Shown: positions 1-15,612 of the stretch, one piece after another
Numbering within the stretch: position 1 is the first letter of the stretch
Layout of the letters: the number at the start of each line of letters is the position of its first letter
Source of the DNA: the human T2T-CHM13v2.0 reference genome, Homo sapiens
Reading direction: 5' to 3' (one strand)
DNA: 64,000 nt
Assembly: GCF_009914755.1 (NCBI RefSeq)
Contig: NC_060929.1
The notes under the pieces: model-generated
Seen by the model: the letters and a program-made list of their open reading frames with translations, nothing else
Databases searched by the model: none
Told to the model about the DNA's origin: nothing
Made by a program: the position numbers and the translations under genes

Positions 1-261
1 TTCAAGACCAGCCTGGCCAAAATGGCGAGACCTCGTCTCTACTTGAGGAAATACAAAAATTTGCCCGGCGTGGTAGCGCGCACATTTAGTCCCAGCCACT
101 CTGGAGGCTGAGGCAGGAGAATCCGTTGAGCCTAGGATGCCGAGGCTGCAGTGGGCTGAGATGAGGCCGCTGTAATCCAGCCTGGGGGACAGAGCGAGGC
201 ACTGTCTCAGAAATAAACAAATAAAATAAAATAAACTAAAATAAAGTGACGTAAAATAAAA
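1..261 (+). mobile_element. Alu SINE (AluS-like), 5' part cut by window edge
   Basis: AGACCAGCCTGGCCAA, A-rich linker AAATACAAAAATT, GGAGGCTGAGGCAGGAGAATC, (TAAAA)n tail. Confidence 0.93.
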
Positions 262-494
262 TTGAAATAATATTTTCACGTTTCCCTCACCCAGCCCATT
301 TTATTTTCAGAGTATTTGATAAACCGCTTTCTTCCCTGTGCGTTAGAGAGTTTTTTTTCTCAGACATCGAAGTTTTCTAATGCTCAACTTCGTAAAATGT
401 CTCATTTTTACTGTAAATAGTTTCTTTACTGTTGTGAGATGTGAACTTTGCGATTCTGTGAAGAGGACTGAATTCTGAAATGCCCCCTGCATTT

Positions 495-656
495 CCCGCC
501 CCTCAGAGAGTCGCCCTGTGTCTGCCCCTCCCTTGGGTGTGGGCGGAAGCACGAATTGATGTGCCCGCCCGACTTCCTCATTAGATTGGGGGGTATCCTG
601 AACCAACGGCTGCTAAGGGCTGGGTCTAATGCAGTCATCTGAGCCCTGTATAAGGG
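495..656 (+). promoter_or_regulatory. Candidate promoter block (present in every unit): GC boxes, CACCC box, ETS-like sites, DUX-type site(s), TATA-like TATAAG
   Basis: CCCGCCCC ~495, GGGTGTGGGCGGAAG ~535-549, CCGCCC 565-570, ACTTCCT 572-578, DUX-site position 578-588, TAATGCAGTCA 627-637, TATAAG 649-654. Confidence 0.55.
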
Positions 657-1094
657 AGGACTGAACCCCCCTGTGATTACGCTCCCCTGTGGGAGATTCC
701 CCAGCACTGGCTGTGCACACCCAGGGAGCCTCACGGCCCAGACCTGGGCAGCACGGGTAGGAGCTGAGAGCATCCTCACGGCAGCAGGCAGAACAAACAA
801 GTGGGCCTGGGGCTCGCAACCCTGAGGCATTGTTGAATTCTGCCACCAACTCGAATCGGATCGAAGCCAGACCCTTCTCAGGTGGAGGCAACGACCGCAC
901 AGCCAGACCCATCCTGGAGGTCCCTCGTGGGACTCTGAGCAGGAGGCAGTCACTTGGCCTAGCAGAACTTCTGACCTGTGAGCTGGTGTCTGTTTTAAAT
1001 ACCCCAAATTGGTGAGAATTCGTTCTGCATTGACCTAAAACTAACATACTCTCCTTCCACAAGTTTCTTCACACTGTGGAAGCGAGAAAATTCA

Positions 1095-1112
1095 GTGTGT
1101 GTGTTTGTGTGT
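1095..1112. repeat. Short interrupted (GT)n microsatellite (every unit)
   Basis: gtgtgtgtgtttgtgtgt. Confidence 0.7.
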
Positions 1113-1270
1113 GGGAAGGGGCGGCCGGGAGCCGTGTCCGGTTACGGCGAAACTGGCTCAGCAGAAACACAGCAGCTAAAATCTTTGAAAGGTTCTCATC
1201 GCAGATCCACAATCAAACCACCCCAGCCGGAACTTCTGCCTGTACAGCTGCTGTCACGGAGCAGACTTGA

Positions 1271-1876
<606 letters not shown>

Positions 1877-3356
1877 GCCCAGGGCCAGAGGGCAGGGTCT
1901 GTTTGTGCAGGAATAAGTACCGCGTTCATCTTCCAATGACAGGAGTGTGTGCGCCGGAGCTCCCGCATCTCAGTCCCACCTGGATTTACCCACGATCTTC
2001 GTGTCTTAAAATGCGAAGTTGCCCTTACCTGGATGAAGACAGCAGATCGCTTCATAGGAGCCTTGGCTAAATCTTTGGGCATTTTAATGGGATGTGGAGG
2101 CGTTTCTCTATGTCTTTCCAGCTGGAGGAATCAAGGTGCCTGGGCCTAGAGCATCCTGTGGACAGGCAGCTGCATTCAGAGAGGGAAGCCCTTCCCAGGA
2201 GATCTGTATGGTTTCCTGCTGAAGCCTGGTGTAGCTCTGTCTTAGCTTGTAGGCTTATGTCTGGGTTCCAGTAATTGGAGCTTGCAGAAATGTTTCCCCG
2301 ATTGTTGTTCTTCTGTAGAATTTCAACGCTCATATGTATTTTTGTGAGTCACCACGAAAACAGTTAAACTGATCAACCGTTTTCCAAACTGCAGACACCA
2401 AAATGAAATCACAAAGCACTTTCTTTTTTTCCCCTAAGTTGACTCTTCTATTCCTGCCTGCTGTGCTTTATGTCAGCAAGTGACCCTTTCCTGTATTATA
2501 ATGCAGTATAGTATAGATGCATCATGTAAGACCAGAGAGAAACCGATTCCAAAACCACCTTTCCTCAAGCCGCCGTTTGTAACGACCATATGGGCGGTTT
2601 GAAGGACACAGAGAGAGCCTATTGACACTTCACTTTCGCTACACGTGGTGATTTTTCCAGTGCTTCCGGAGACACTGAAATTTAGTTCCAAACATTGCCT
2701 TAGAGGATTCTTCATTTTATTCATTCTACCGATGATCCACTCAGAAAATCAAACCTGAGTACGGAGACATTGGAGAAGTCGTTAAAGTGTTGGACCAAGT
2801 CGGTTCGTCACGAGTGACAAGGTTATTCCACACTCTACTTGTACATACTCTGCTTTGCCTTCAGGATGGCAAAGAGTAATTTTTCGCTATAGAGTAAAAA
2901 CCCGAGATTTATTACGGAATCAGCGTGAACCTTCCCAGCACAGCTCACAGAGCATACGCCAAAAATTACAGTGTGATTCAGTTTCAAAAATTGTCTGTAG
3001 TGACCTGTGAATTCACAGCTCGTGAGGACATTCTTTAGTTCGGCTGAAGCCAAAAAACCTGGAACCATCGAAATGGGAAGAAGTGGAGTCTGCCAAATTC
3101 TGCCTCTTACACTTTCAGCTACCACGCCATGTTCAACTATTGTACTTGATAAGGATTGGAAACTTAAGGTACTGATAATTTCAACAGAGTTTCACCAGAG
3201 TAGTATTTCTTGTGAGAAAGCCATGATCTCATCAGTAACGCCTTTCTAAAAGATCCAACAGAAAATATGAACTAGCAACTCATCCTGACAAGGAAGTAAA
3301 ACTCAGGAAAAATCCTAAGGCAGAGCAGCGTCAGGCTTCAGTGTGAAACTATCATA

Positions 3357-3695
3357 GTCTGGGCGCGGTGGCTCACGCCTATAGTCCCTTCACTTTGGGA
3401 AGCCAAGGTGGGGCAGATCACCTGAAGTCAGCAGTTCAAGACCAGCCTGGCCAAAATGGCGAGACCTCGTCTCTACTTGAGGAAATACAAAAATTTGCCC
3501 GGCGTGGTAGCGCGCACATTTAGTCCCAGCCACTCTGGAGGCTGAGGCAGGAGAATCCGTTGAGCCTAGGATGCCGAGGCTGCAGTGGGCTGAGATGAGG
3601 CCGCTGTAATCCAGCCTGGGGGACAGAGCGAGGCACTGTCTCAGAAATAAACAAATAAAATAAAATAAACTAAAATAAAGTGACGTAAAATAAAA
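3357..3695 (+). mobile_element. Full-length dimeric Alu SINE (AluS/Sx-like) with (TAAAA)n tail
   Basis: GGGCGCGGTGGCTCACGCCT start, GATCACCTGAAGTCAG, linker, right arm ending ACTGTCTC, A-rich tail. Subfamily assignment is tentative. Confidence 0.95.
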
Positions 3696-4011
3696 TTGAA
3701 ATAATATTTTCACGTTTCCCTCACCCAGCCCATTTTATTTTCAGAGTATTTGATAAACCGCTTTCTTCCCTGTGCGTTAGAGAGTTTTTTTTCTCAGACA
3801 TCGAAGTTTTCTAATGCTCAACTTCGTAAAATGTCTCATTTTTACTGTAAATAGTTTCTTTACTGTTGTGAGATGTGAACTTTGCGATTCTGTGAAGAGG
3901 ACTGAATTCTGAAATGCCCCCTGCATTTCCCGCCCCTCAGAGAGTCGCCCTGTGTCTGCCCCTCCCTTGGGTGTGGGCGGAAGCACGAATTGATGTGCCC
4001 GCCCGACTTCC

Positions 4012-4022
4012 TGATTAGATTA
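4012..4022 (-). promoter_or_regulatory. Perfect DUX4 consensus motif TAATCTAATCA, unit 2
   Basis: + strand TGATTAGATTA. Confidence 0.75.
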
Positions 4023-4704
4023 GGGGGTATCCTGAACCAACGGCTGCTAAGGGCTGGGTCTAATCCAGTCATCTGAGCCCTGTATAAGGGAGGACTGAAC
4101 CCCCCTGTGATTACGCTCCCCTGTGGGAGATTCCCCAGCACTGGCTGTGCACACCCAGGGAGCCTCACGGCCCAGACCTGGGCAGCACGGGTAGGAGCTG
4201 AGAGCATCCTCACGGCAGCAGGCAGAACAAACAAGTGGGCCTGGGGCTCGCAACCCTGAGGCATTGTTGAATTCTGCCACCAACTCGAATCGGATCGAAG
4301 CCAGACCCTTCTCAGGTGGAGGCAACGACCGCACAGCCAGACCCATCCTGGAGGTCCCTCGTGGGACTCTGAGCAGGAGGCAGTCACTTGGCCTAGCAGA
4401 ACTTCTGACCTGTGAGCTGGTGTTTGTTTTAAATACCCAAAATTGGTGAGAATTCGTTCTGCATTGACCTAAAACTAACATACTCTCCTTCCACAAGTTT
4501 CTTCACACTGTGGAAGCGAGAAAATTCAGTGTGTGTGTTTGTGTGTGGGAAGGGGCGGCCGGGAGCCGTGTCCGGTTACGGCGAAACTGGCTCAGCAGAA
4601 ACACAGCAGCTAAAATCTTTGAAAGGTTCTCATCGCAGATCCACAATCAAACCACCCCAGCCGGAACTTCTGCCTGTACAGCTGCTGTCACGGAGCAGAC
4701 TTGA

Positions 4705-5310
<606 letters not shown>

Positions 5311-6790
5311 GCCCACGGCCAGAGGGCAGGGTCTGTTTGTGCAGGAATAAGTACCGCGTTCATCTTCCAATGACAGGAGTGTGTGCGCCGGAGCTCCCGC
5401 ATCTCAGTCCCACCTGGATTTACCCACGATCTTCGTGTCTTAAAATGCGAAGTTGCCCTTACCTGGATGAAGACAGCAGATCGCTTCATAGGAGCCTTGG
5501 CTAAATCTTTGGGCATTTTAATGGGATGTGGAGGCGTTTCTCTATGTCTTTCCAGCTGGAGGAATCAAGGTGCCTGGGCCTAGAGCATCCTGTGGACAGG
5601 CAGCTGCATTCAGAGAGGGAAGCCCTTCCCAGGAGATCTGTATGGTTTCCTGCTGAAGCCTGGTGTAGCTCTGTCTTAGCTTGTAGGCTTATGTCTGGGT
5701 TCCAGTAATTGGAGCTTGCAGAAATGTTTCCCCGATTGTTGTTCTTCTGTAGAATTTCAACGCTCATATGTATTTTTGTGAGTCACCACGAAAACAGTTA
5801 AACTGATCAACCGTTTTCCAAACTGCAGACACCAAAATGAAATCACAAAGCACTTTCTTTTTTTCCCCTAAGTTGACTCTTCTATTCCTGCCTGCTGTGC
5901 TTTATGTCAGCAAGTGACCCTTTCCTGTATTATAATGCAGTATAGTATAGATGCATCATGTAAGACCAGAGAGAAACCGATTCCAAAACCACCTTTCCTC
6001 AAGCCGCCGTTTGTAACGACCATATGGGCGGTTTGAAGGACACAGAGAGAGCCTATTGACACTTCACTTTCGCTACACGTGGTGATTTTTCCAGTGCTTC
6101 CGGAGACACTGAAATTTAGTTCCAAACATTGCCTTAGAGGATTCTTCATTTTATTCATTCTACCGATGATCCACTCAGAAAATCAAACCTGAGTACGGAG
6201 ACATTGGAGAAGTCGTTAAAGTGTTGGACCAAGTCGGTTCGTCACGAGTGACAAGGTTATTCCACACTCTACTTGTACATACTCTGCTTTGCCTTCATGA
6301 TGGCAAAGAGTAATTTTTCGCTATAGAGTAAAAACCCGAGATTTATTACGGAATCAGCGTGAACCTTCCCAGCACAGCTCACAGAGCATACGCCAAAAAT
6401 TACAGTGTGATTCAGTTTCAAAAATTGTCTGTAGTGACCTGTGAATTCACAGCTCGTGAGGACATTCTTTAGTTCGGCTGAAGCCAAAAAACCTGGAACC
6501 ATCGAAATGGGAAGAAGTGGAGTCTGCCAAATTCTGCCTCTTACACTTTCAGCTACCACGCCATGTTCAACTATTGTACTTGATAAGGATTGGAAACTTA
6601 AGGTACTGATAATTTCAACAGAGTTTCACCAGAGTAGTATTTCTTGTGAGAAAGCCATGATCTCATCAGTAACGCCTTTCTAAAAGATCCAACAGAAAAT
6701 ATGAACTAGCAACTCATCCTGACAAGGAAGTAAAACTCAGGAAAAATCCTAAGGCAGAGCAGCGTCAGGCTTCAGTGTGAAACTATCATA

Positions 6791-7129
6791 GTCTGGGCGC
6801 GGTGGCTCACGCCTATAGTCCCTTCACTTTGGGAAGCCAAGGTGGGGCAGATCACCTGAAGTCAGCAGTTCAAGACCAGCCTGGCCAAAATGGCGAGACC
6901 TCGTCTCTACTTGAGGAAATACAAAAATTTGCCCGGCGTGGTAGCGCGCACATTTAGTCCCAGCCACTCTGGAGGCTGAGGCAGGAGAATCCGTTGAGCC
7001 TAGGATGCCGAGGCTGCAGTGGGCTGAGATGAGGCCGCTGTAATCCAGCCTGGGGGACAGAGCGAGGCACTGTCTCAGAAATAAACAAATAAAATAAAAT
7101 AAACTAAAATAAAGTGACGTAAAATAAAA
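6791..7129 (+). mobile_element. Alu SINE copy
   Basis: Same element, next unit. Confidence 0.95.
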
Positions 7130-7445
7130 TTGAAATAATATTTTCACGTTTCCCTCACCCAGCCCATTTTATTTTCAGAGTATTTGATAAACCGCTTTCT
7201 TCCCTGTGCGTTAGAGAGTTTTTTTTCTCAGACATCGAAGTTTTCTAATGCTCAACTTCGTAAAATGTCTCATTTTTACTGTAAATAGTTTCTTTACTGT
7301 TGTGAGATGTGAACTTTGCGATTCTGTGAAGAGGACTGAATTCTGAAATGCCCCCTGCATTTCCCGCCCCTCAGAGAGTCGCCCTGTGTCTGCCCCTCCC
7401 TTGGGTGTGGGCGGAAGCACGAATTGATGTGCCCGCCCGACTTCC

Positions 7446-7456
7446 TGATTAGATTA
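7446..7456 (-). promoter_or_regulatory. Perfect DUX4 motif, unit 3
   Basis: + strand TGATTAGATTA. Confidence 0.75.
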
Positions 7457-8138
7457 GGGGGTATCCTGAACCAACGGCTGCTAAGGGCTGGGTCTAATGC
7501 AGTCATCTGAGCCCTGTATAAGGGAGGACTGAACCCCCCTGTGATTACGCTCCCCTGTGGGAGATTCCCCAGCACTGGCTGTGCACACCCAGGGAGCCTC
7601 ACGGCCCAGACCTGGGCAGCACGGGTAGGAGCTGAGAGCATCCTCACGGCAGCAGGCAGAACAAACAAGTGGGCCTGGGGCTCGCAACCCTGAGGCATTG
7701 TTGAATTCTGCCACCAACTCGAATCGGATCGAAGCCAGACCCTTCTCAGGTGGAGGCAACGACCGCACAGCCAGACCCATCCTGGAGGTCCCTCGTGGGA
7801 CTCTGAGCAGGAGGCAGTCACTTGGCCTAGCAGAACTTCTGACCTGTGAGCTGGTGTCTGTTTTAAATACCCAAAATTGGTGAGAATTCGTTCTGCATTG
7901 ACCTAAAACTAACATACTCTCCTTCCACAAGTTTCTTCACACTGTGGAAGCGAGAAAATTCAGTGTGTGTGTTTGTGTGTGGGAAGGGGCGGCCGGGAGC
8001 CGTGTCCGGTTACGGCGAAACTGGCTCAGCAGAAACACAGCAGCTAAAATCTTTGAAAGGTTCTCATCGCAGATCCACAATCAAACCACCCCAGCCGGAA
8101 CTTCTGCCTGTACAGCTGCTGTCACGGAGCAGACTTGA

Positions 8139-8744
<606 letters not shown>

Positions 8745-10224
8745 GCCCAGGGCCAGAGGGCAGGGTCTGTTTGTGCAGGAATAAGTACCGCGTTCATCTT
8801 CCAATGACAGGAGTGTGTGCGCCGGAGCTCCCGCATCTCAGTCCCACCTGGATTTACCCACGATCTTCGTGTCTTAAAATGCGAAGTTGCCCTTACCTGG
8901 ATGAAGACAGCAGATCGCTTCATAGGAGCCTTGGCTAAATCTTTGGGCATTTTAATGGGATGTGGAGGCGTTTCTCTATGTCTTTCCAGCTGGAGGAATC
9001 AAGGTGCCTGGGCCTAGAGCATCCTGTGGACAGGCAGCTGCATTCAGAGAGGGAAGCCCTTCCCAGGAGATCTGTATGGTTTCCTGCTGAAGCCTGGTGT
9101 AGCTCTGTCTTAGCTTGTAGGCTTATGTCTGGGTTCCAGTAATTGGAGCTTGCAGAAATGTTTCCCCGATTGTTGTTCTTCTGTAGAATTTCAACGCTCA
9201 TATGTATTTTTGTGAGTCACCACGAAAACAGTTAAGCTGATCAACCGTTTTCCAAACTGCAGACACCAAATTGAAATCACAAAGCACTTTCTTTTTTTCC
9301 CCTAAGTTGACTCTTCTATTCCTGCCTGCTGTGCTTTATGTCAGCAAGTGACCCTTTCCTGTATTATAATGCAGTATAGTATAGATGCATCATGTAAGAC
9401 CAGAGAGAAACCGATTCCAAAACCACCTTTCCTCAAGCCGCCGTTTGTAACGACCATATGGGCGGTTTGAAGGACACAGAGAGAGCCTATTGACACTTCA
9501 CTTTCGCTACACGTGGTGATTTTTCCAGTGCTTCCGGAGACACTGAAATTTAGTTCCAAACATTGCCTTAGAGGATTCTTGATTTTATTCATTCTACCGA
9601 TGATCCACTCAGAAAATCAAACCTGAGTACGGAGACATTGGAGAAGTCGTTAAAGTGTTGGACCAAGTCGGTTCGTCACGAGTGACAAGGTTATTCCACA
9701 CTCTACTTGTACATACTCTGCTTTGCCTTCATGATGGCAAAGAGTAATTTTTCGCTATAGAGTAAAAACCCGAGATTTATTACGGAATCAGCGTGAACCT
9801 TCCCAGCACAGCTCACAGAGCATACGCCAAAAATTACAGTGTGATTCAGTTTCAAAAATTGTCTGTAGTGACCTGTGAATTCACAGCTCGTGAGGACATT
9901 CTTTAGTTCGGCTGAAGCCAAAAAACCTGGAACCATCGAAATGGGAAGAAGTGGAGTCTGCCAAATTCTGCCTCTTACACTTTCAGCTACCACGCCATGT
10001 TCAACTATTGTACTTGATAAGGATTGGAAACTTAAGGTACTGATAATTTCAACAGAGTTTCACCAGAGTAGTATTTCTTGTGAGAAAGCCATGATCTCAT
10101 CAGTAACGCCTTTCTAAAAGATCCAACAGAAAATATGAACTAGCAACTCATCCTGACAAGGAAGTAAAACTCAGGAAAAATCCTAAGGCAGAGCAGCGTC
10201 AGGCTTCAGTGTGAAACTATCATA

Positions 10225-10563
10225 GTCTGGGCGCGGTGGCTCACGCCTATAGTCCCTTCACTTTGGGAAGCCAAGGTGGGGCAGATCACCTGAAGTCAGC
10301 AGTTCAAGACCAGCCTGGCCAAAATGGCGAGACCTCGTCTCTACTTGAGCAAATACAAAAATTTGCCCGGCGTGGTAGCGCGCACATTTAGTCCCAGCCA
10401 CTCTGGAGGCTGAGGCAGGAGAATCCGTTGAGCCTAGGATGCCGAGGCTGCAGTGGGCTGAGATGAGGCCGCTGTAATCCAGCCTGGGGGACAGAGCGAG
10501 GCACTGTCTCAGAAATAAACAAATAAAATAAAATAAACTAAAATAAAGTGACGTAAAATAAAA
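10225..10563 (+). mobile_element. Alu SINE copy
   Basis: Same element, next unit. Confidence 0.95.
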
Positions 10564-11572
10564 TTGAAATAATATTTTCACGTTTCCCTCACCCAGCCCA
10601 TTTTATTTTCAGAGTATTTGATAAACCGCTTTCTTCCCTGTGCGTTAGAGAGTTTTTTTTCTCAGACATCGAAGTTTTCTAATGCTCAACTTCGTAAAAT
10701 GTCTCATTTTTACTGTAAATAGTTTCTTTACTGTTGTGAGATGTGAACTTTGCGATTCTGTGAAGAGGACTGAATTCTGAAATGCCCCCTGCATTTCCCG
10801 CCCCTCAGAGAGTCGCCCTGTGTCTGCCCCTCCCTTGGGTGTGGGCGGAAGCACGAATTGATGTGCCCGCCCGACTTCCTCATTAGATTGGGGGGTATCC
10901 TGAACCAACGGCTGCTAAGGGCTGGGTCTAATGCAGTCATCTGAGCCCTGTATAAGGGAGGACTGAACCCCCCTGTGATTACGCTCCCCTGTGGGAGATT
11001 CCCCAGCACTGGCTGTGCACACCCAGGGAGCCTCACGGCCCAGACCTGGGCAGCACGGGTAGGAGCTGAGAGCATCCTCACGGCAGCAGGCAGAACAAAC
11101 AAGTGGGCCTGGGGCTCGCAACCCTGAGGCATTGTTGAATTCTGCCACCAACTCGAATCGGATCGAAGCCAGACCCTTCTCAGGTGGAGGCAACGACCGC
11201 ACAGCCAGACCCATCCTGGAGGTCCCTCGTGGGACTCTGAGCAGGAGGCAGTCACTTGGCCTAGCAGAACTTCTGACCTGTGAGCTGGTGTTTGTTTTAA
11301 ATACCCCAAATTGGTGAGAATTCGTTCTGCATTGACCTAAAACTAACATACTCTCCTTCCACAAGTTTCTTCACACTGTGGAAGCGAGAAAATTCAGTGT
11401 GTGTGTTTGTGTGTGGGAAGGGGCGGCCGGGAGCCGTGTCCGGTTACGGCGAAACTGGCTCAGCAGAAACACAGCAGCTAAAATCTTTGAAAGGTTCTCA
11501 TCGCAGATCCACAATCAAACCACCCCAGCCGGAACTTCTGCCTGTACAGCTGCTGTCACGGAGCAGACTTGA

Positions 11573-12178
<606 letters not shown>

Positions 12179-13658
12179 GCCCAGGGCCAGAGGGCAGGGT
12201 CTGTTTGTGCAGGAATAAGTACCGCGTTCATCTTCCAATGACAGGAGTGTGTGCGCCGGAGCTCCCGCATCTCAGTCCCACCTGGATTTACCCACGATCT
12301 TCGTGTCTTAAAATGCGAAGTTGCCCTTACCTGGATGAAGACAGCAGATCGCTTCATAGGAGCCTTGGCTAAATCTTTGGGCATTTTAATGGGATGTGGA
12401 GGCGTTTCTCTATGTCTTTCCAGCTGGAGGAATCAAGGTGCCTGGGCCTAGAGCATCCTGTGGACAGGCAGCTGCATTCAGAGAGGGAAGCCCTTCCCAG
12501 GAGATCTGTATGGTTTCCTGCTGAAGCCTGGTGTAGCTCTGTCTTAGCTTGTAGGCTTATGTCTGGGTTCCAGTAATTGGAGCTTGCAGAAATGTTTCCC
12601 CGATTGTTGTTCTTCTGTAGAATTTCAACGCTCATATGTATTTTTGTGAGTCACCACGAAAACAGTTAAACTGATCAACCGTTTTCCAAACTGCAGACAC
12701 CAAAATGAAATCACAAAGCACTTTCTTTTTTTCCCCTAAGTTGACTCTTCTATTCCTGCCTGCTGTGCTTTATGTCAGCAAGTGACCCTTTCCTGTATTA
12801 TAATGCAGTATAGTATAGATGCATCATGTAAGACCAGAGAGAAACCGATTCCAAAACCACCTTTCCTCAAGCCGCCGTTTGTAACGACCATATGGGCGGT
12901 TTGAAGGACACAGAGAGAGCCTATTGACACTTCACTTTCGCTACACGTGGTGATTTTTCCAGTGCTTCCGGAGACACTGAAATTTAGTTCCAAACATTGC
13001 CTTAGAGGATTCTTGATTTTATTCATTCTACCGATGATCCACTCAGAAAATCAAACCTGAGTACGGAGACATTGGAGAAGTCGTTAAAGTGTTGGACCAA
13101 GTCGGTTCGTCACGAGTGACAAGGTTATTCCACACTCTACTTGTACATACTCTGCTTTGCCTTCATGATGGCAAAGAGTAATTTTTCGCTATAGAGTAAA
13201 AACCCGAGATTTATTACGGAATCAGCGTGAACCTTCCCAGCACAGCTCACAGAGCATACGCCAAAAATTACAGTGTGATTCAGTTTCAAAAATTGTCTGT
13301 AGTGACCTGTGAATTCACAGCTCGTGAGGACATTCTTTAGTTCGGCTGAAGCCAAAAAACCTGGAACCATCGAAATGGGAAGAAGTGGAGTCTGCCAAAT
13401 TCTGCCTCTTACACTTTCAGCTACCACGCCATGTTCAACTATTGTACTTGATAAGGATTGGAAACTTAAGGTACTGATAATTTCAACAGAGTTTCACCAG
13501 AGTAGTATTTCTTGTGAGAAAGCCATGATCTCATCAGTAACGCCTTTCTAAAAGATCCAACAGAAAATATGAACTAGCAACTCATCCTGACAAGGAAGTA
13601 AAACTCAGGAAAAATCCTAAGGCAGAGCAGCGTCAGGCTTCAGTGTGAAACTATCATA

Positions 13659-13997
13659 GTCTGGGCGCGGTGGCTCACGCCTATAGTCCCTTCACTTTGG
13701 GAAGCCAAGGTGGGGCAGATCACCTGAAGTCAGCAGTTCAAGACCAGCCTGGCCAAAATGGCGAGACCTCGTCTCTACTTGAGCAAATACAAAAATTTGC
13801 CCGGCGTGGTAGCGCGCACATTTAGTCCCAGCCACTCTGGAGGCTGAGGCAGGAGAATCCGTTGAGCCTAGGATGCCGAGGCTGCAGTGGGCTGAGATGA
13901 GGCCGCTGTAATCCAGCCTGGGGGACAGAGCGAGGCACTGTCTCAGAAATAAACAAATAAAATAAAATAAACTAAAATAAAGTGACGTAAAATAAAA
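13659..13997 (+). mobile_element. Alu SINE copy
   Basis: Same element, next unit. Confidence 0.95.
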
Positions 13998-14313
13998 TTG
14001 AAATAATATTTTCACGTTTCCCTCACCCAGCCCATTTTATTTTCAGAGTATTTGATAAACCGCTTTCTTCCCTGTGCGTTAGAGAGTTTTTTTTCTCAGA
14101 CATCGAAGTTTTCTAATGCTCAACTTCGTAAAATGTCTCATTTTTACTGTAAATAGTTTCTTTACTGTTGTGAGATGTGAACTTTTCGATTCTGTGAAGA
14201 GGACTGAATTCTGAAATGCCCCCTGCATTTCCCGCCCCTCAGAGAGTCGCCCTGTGTCTGCCCCTCCCTTGGGTGTGGGCGGAAGCACGAATTGATGTGC
14301 CCGCCCGACTTCC

Positions 14314-14324
14314 TGATTAGATTA
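14314..14324 (-). promoter_or_regulatory. Perfect DUX4 motif, unit 5
   Basis: + strand TGATTAGATTA. Confidence 0.75.
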
Positions 14325-15006
14325 GGGGGTATCCTGAACCAACGGCTGCTAAGGGCTGGGTCTAATGCAGTCATCTGAGCCCTGTATAAGGGAGGACTGA
14401 ACCCCCCTGTGATTACGCTCCCCTGTGGGAGATTCCCCAGCACTGGCTGTGCACACCCAGGGAGCCTCACGGCCCAGACCTGGGCAGCACGGGTAGGAGC
14501 TGAGAGCATCCTCACGGCAGCAGGCAGAACAAACAAGTGGGCCTGGGGCTCGCAACCCTGAGGCATTGTTGAATTCTGCCACCAACTCGAATCGGATCGA
14601 AGCCAGACCCTTCTCAGGTGGAGGCAACGACCGCACAGCCAGACCCATCCTGGAGGTCCCTCGTGGGACTCTGAGCAGGAGGCAGTCACTTGGCCTAGCA
14701 GAACTTCTGACCTGTGAGCTGGTGTTTGTTTTAAATACCCAAAATTGGTGAGAATTCGTTCTGCATTGACCTAAAACTAACATACTCTCCTTCCACAAGT
14801 TTCTTCACACTGTGGAAGCGAGAAAATTCAGTGTGTGTGTTTGTGTGTGGGAAGGGGCGGCCGGGAGCCGTGTCCGGTTACGGCGAAACTGGCTCAGCAG
14901 AAACACAGCAGCTAAAATCTTTGAAAGGTTCTCATCGCAGATCCACAATCAAACCACCCCAGCCGGAACTTCTGCCTGTACAGCTGCTGTCACGGAGCAG
15001 ACTTGA

Positions 15007-15612
<606 letters not shown>

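Noticed and set aside
426-1062. Minus-strand ORFs of 193/175 aa and 149 aa in each unit
   Set aside because: No recognisable domain, non-ATG starts, and broken by stops in units 15, 16, 18 and 19. Their recurrence only reflects the repeat.
1113-1130. G-quadruplex candidate GGGAAGGGGCGGCCGGG
   Set aside because: Only three runs of at least 3 G, so it is not canonical.
1076-1270. 64-aa ORF in frame with TAF11L as an N-terminal extension
   Set aside because: GTG start, and separated from the CDS by an invariant TGA. No readthrough or SECIS evidence.
2712-2722. Second TGATT/TCATT polymorphism (offset 2713) as another DUX4 site
   Set aside because: TGATTTTATTC matches only one half-site and is not linked to the main site alleles.
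2807-2818. Inverted repeat GTCAC-GA-GTGAC
   Set aside because: Too short to exceed chance.
2300-3350. Possible ancient LTR/MIR/DNA transposon fragments in the spacer
   Set aside because: I cannot recognise them by eye. RepeatMasker/Dfam would be needed.
3390-3713. 107/132-aa minus-strand ORF
   Set aside because: Antisense Alu translation (LALSPRL, SPASAS, GQAGLELLTSGD).
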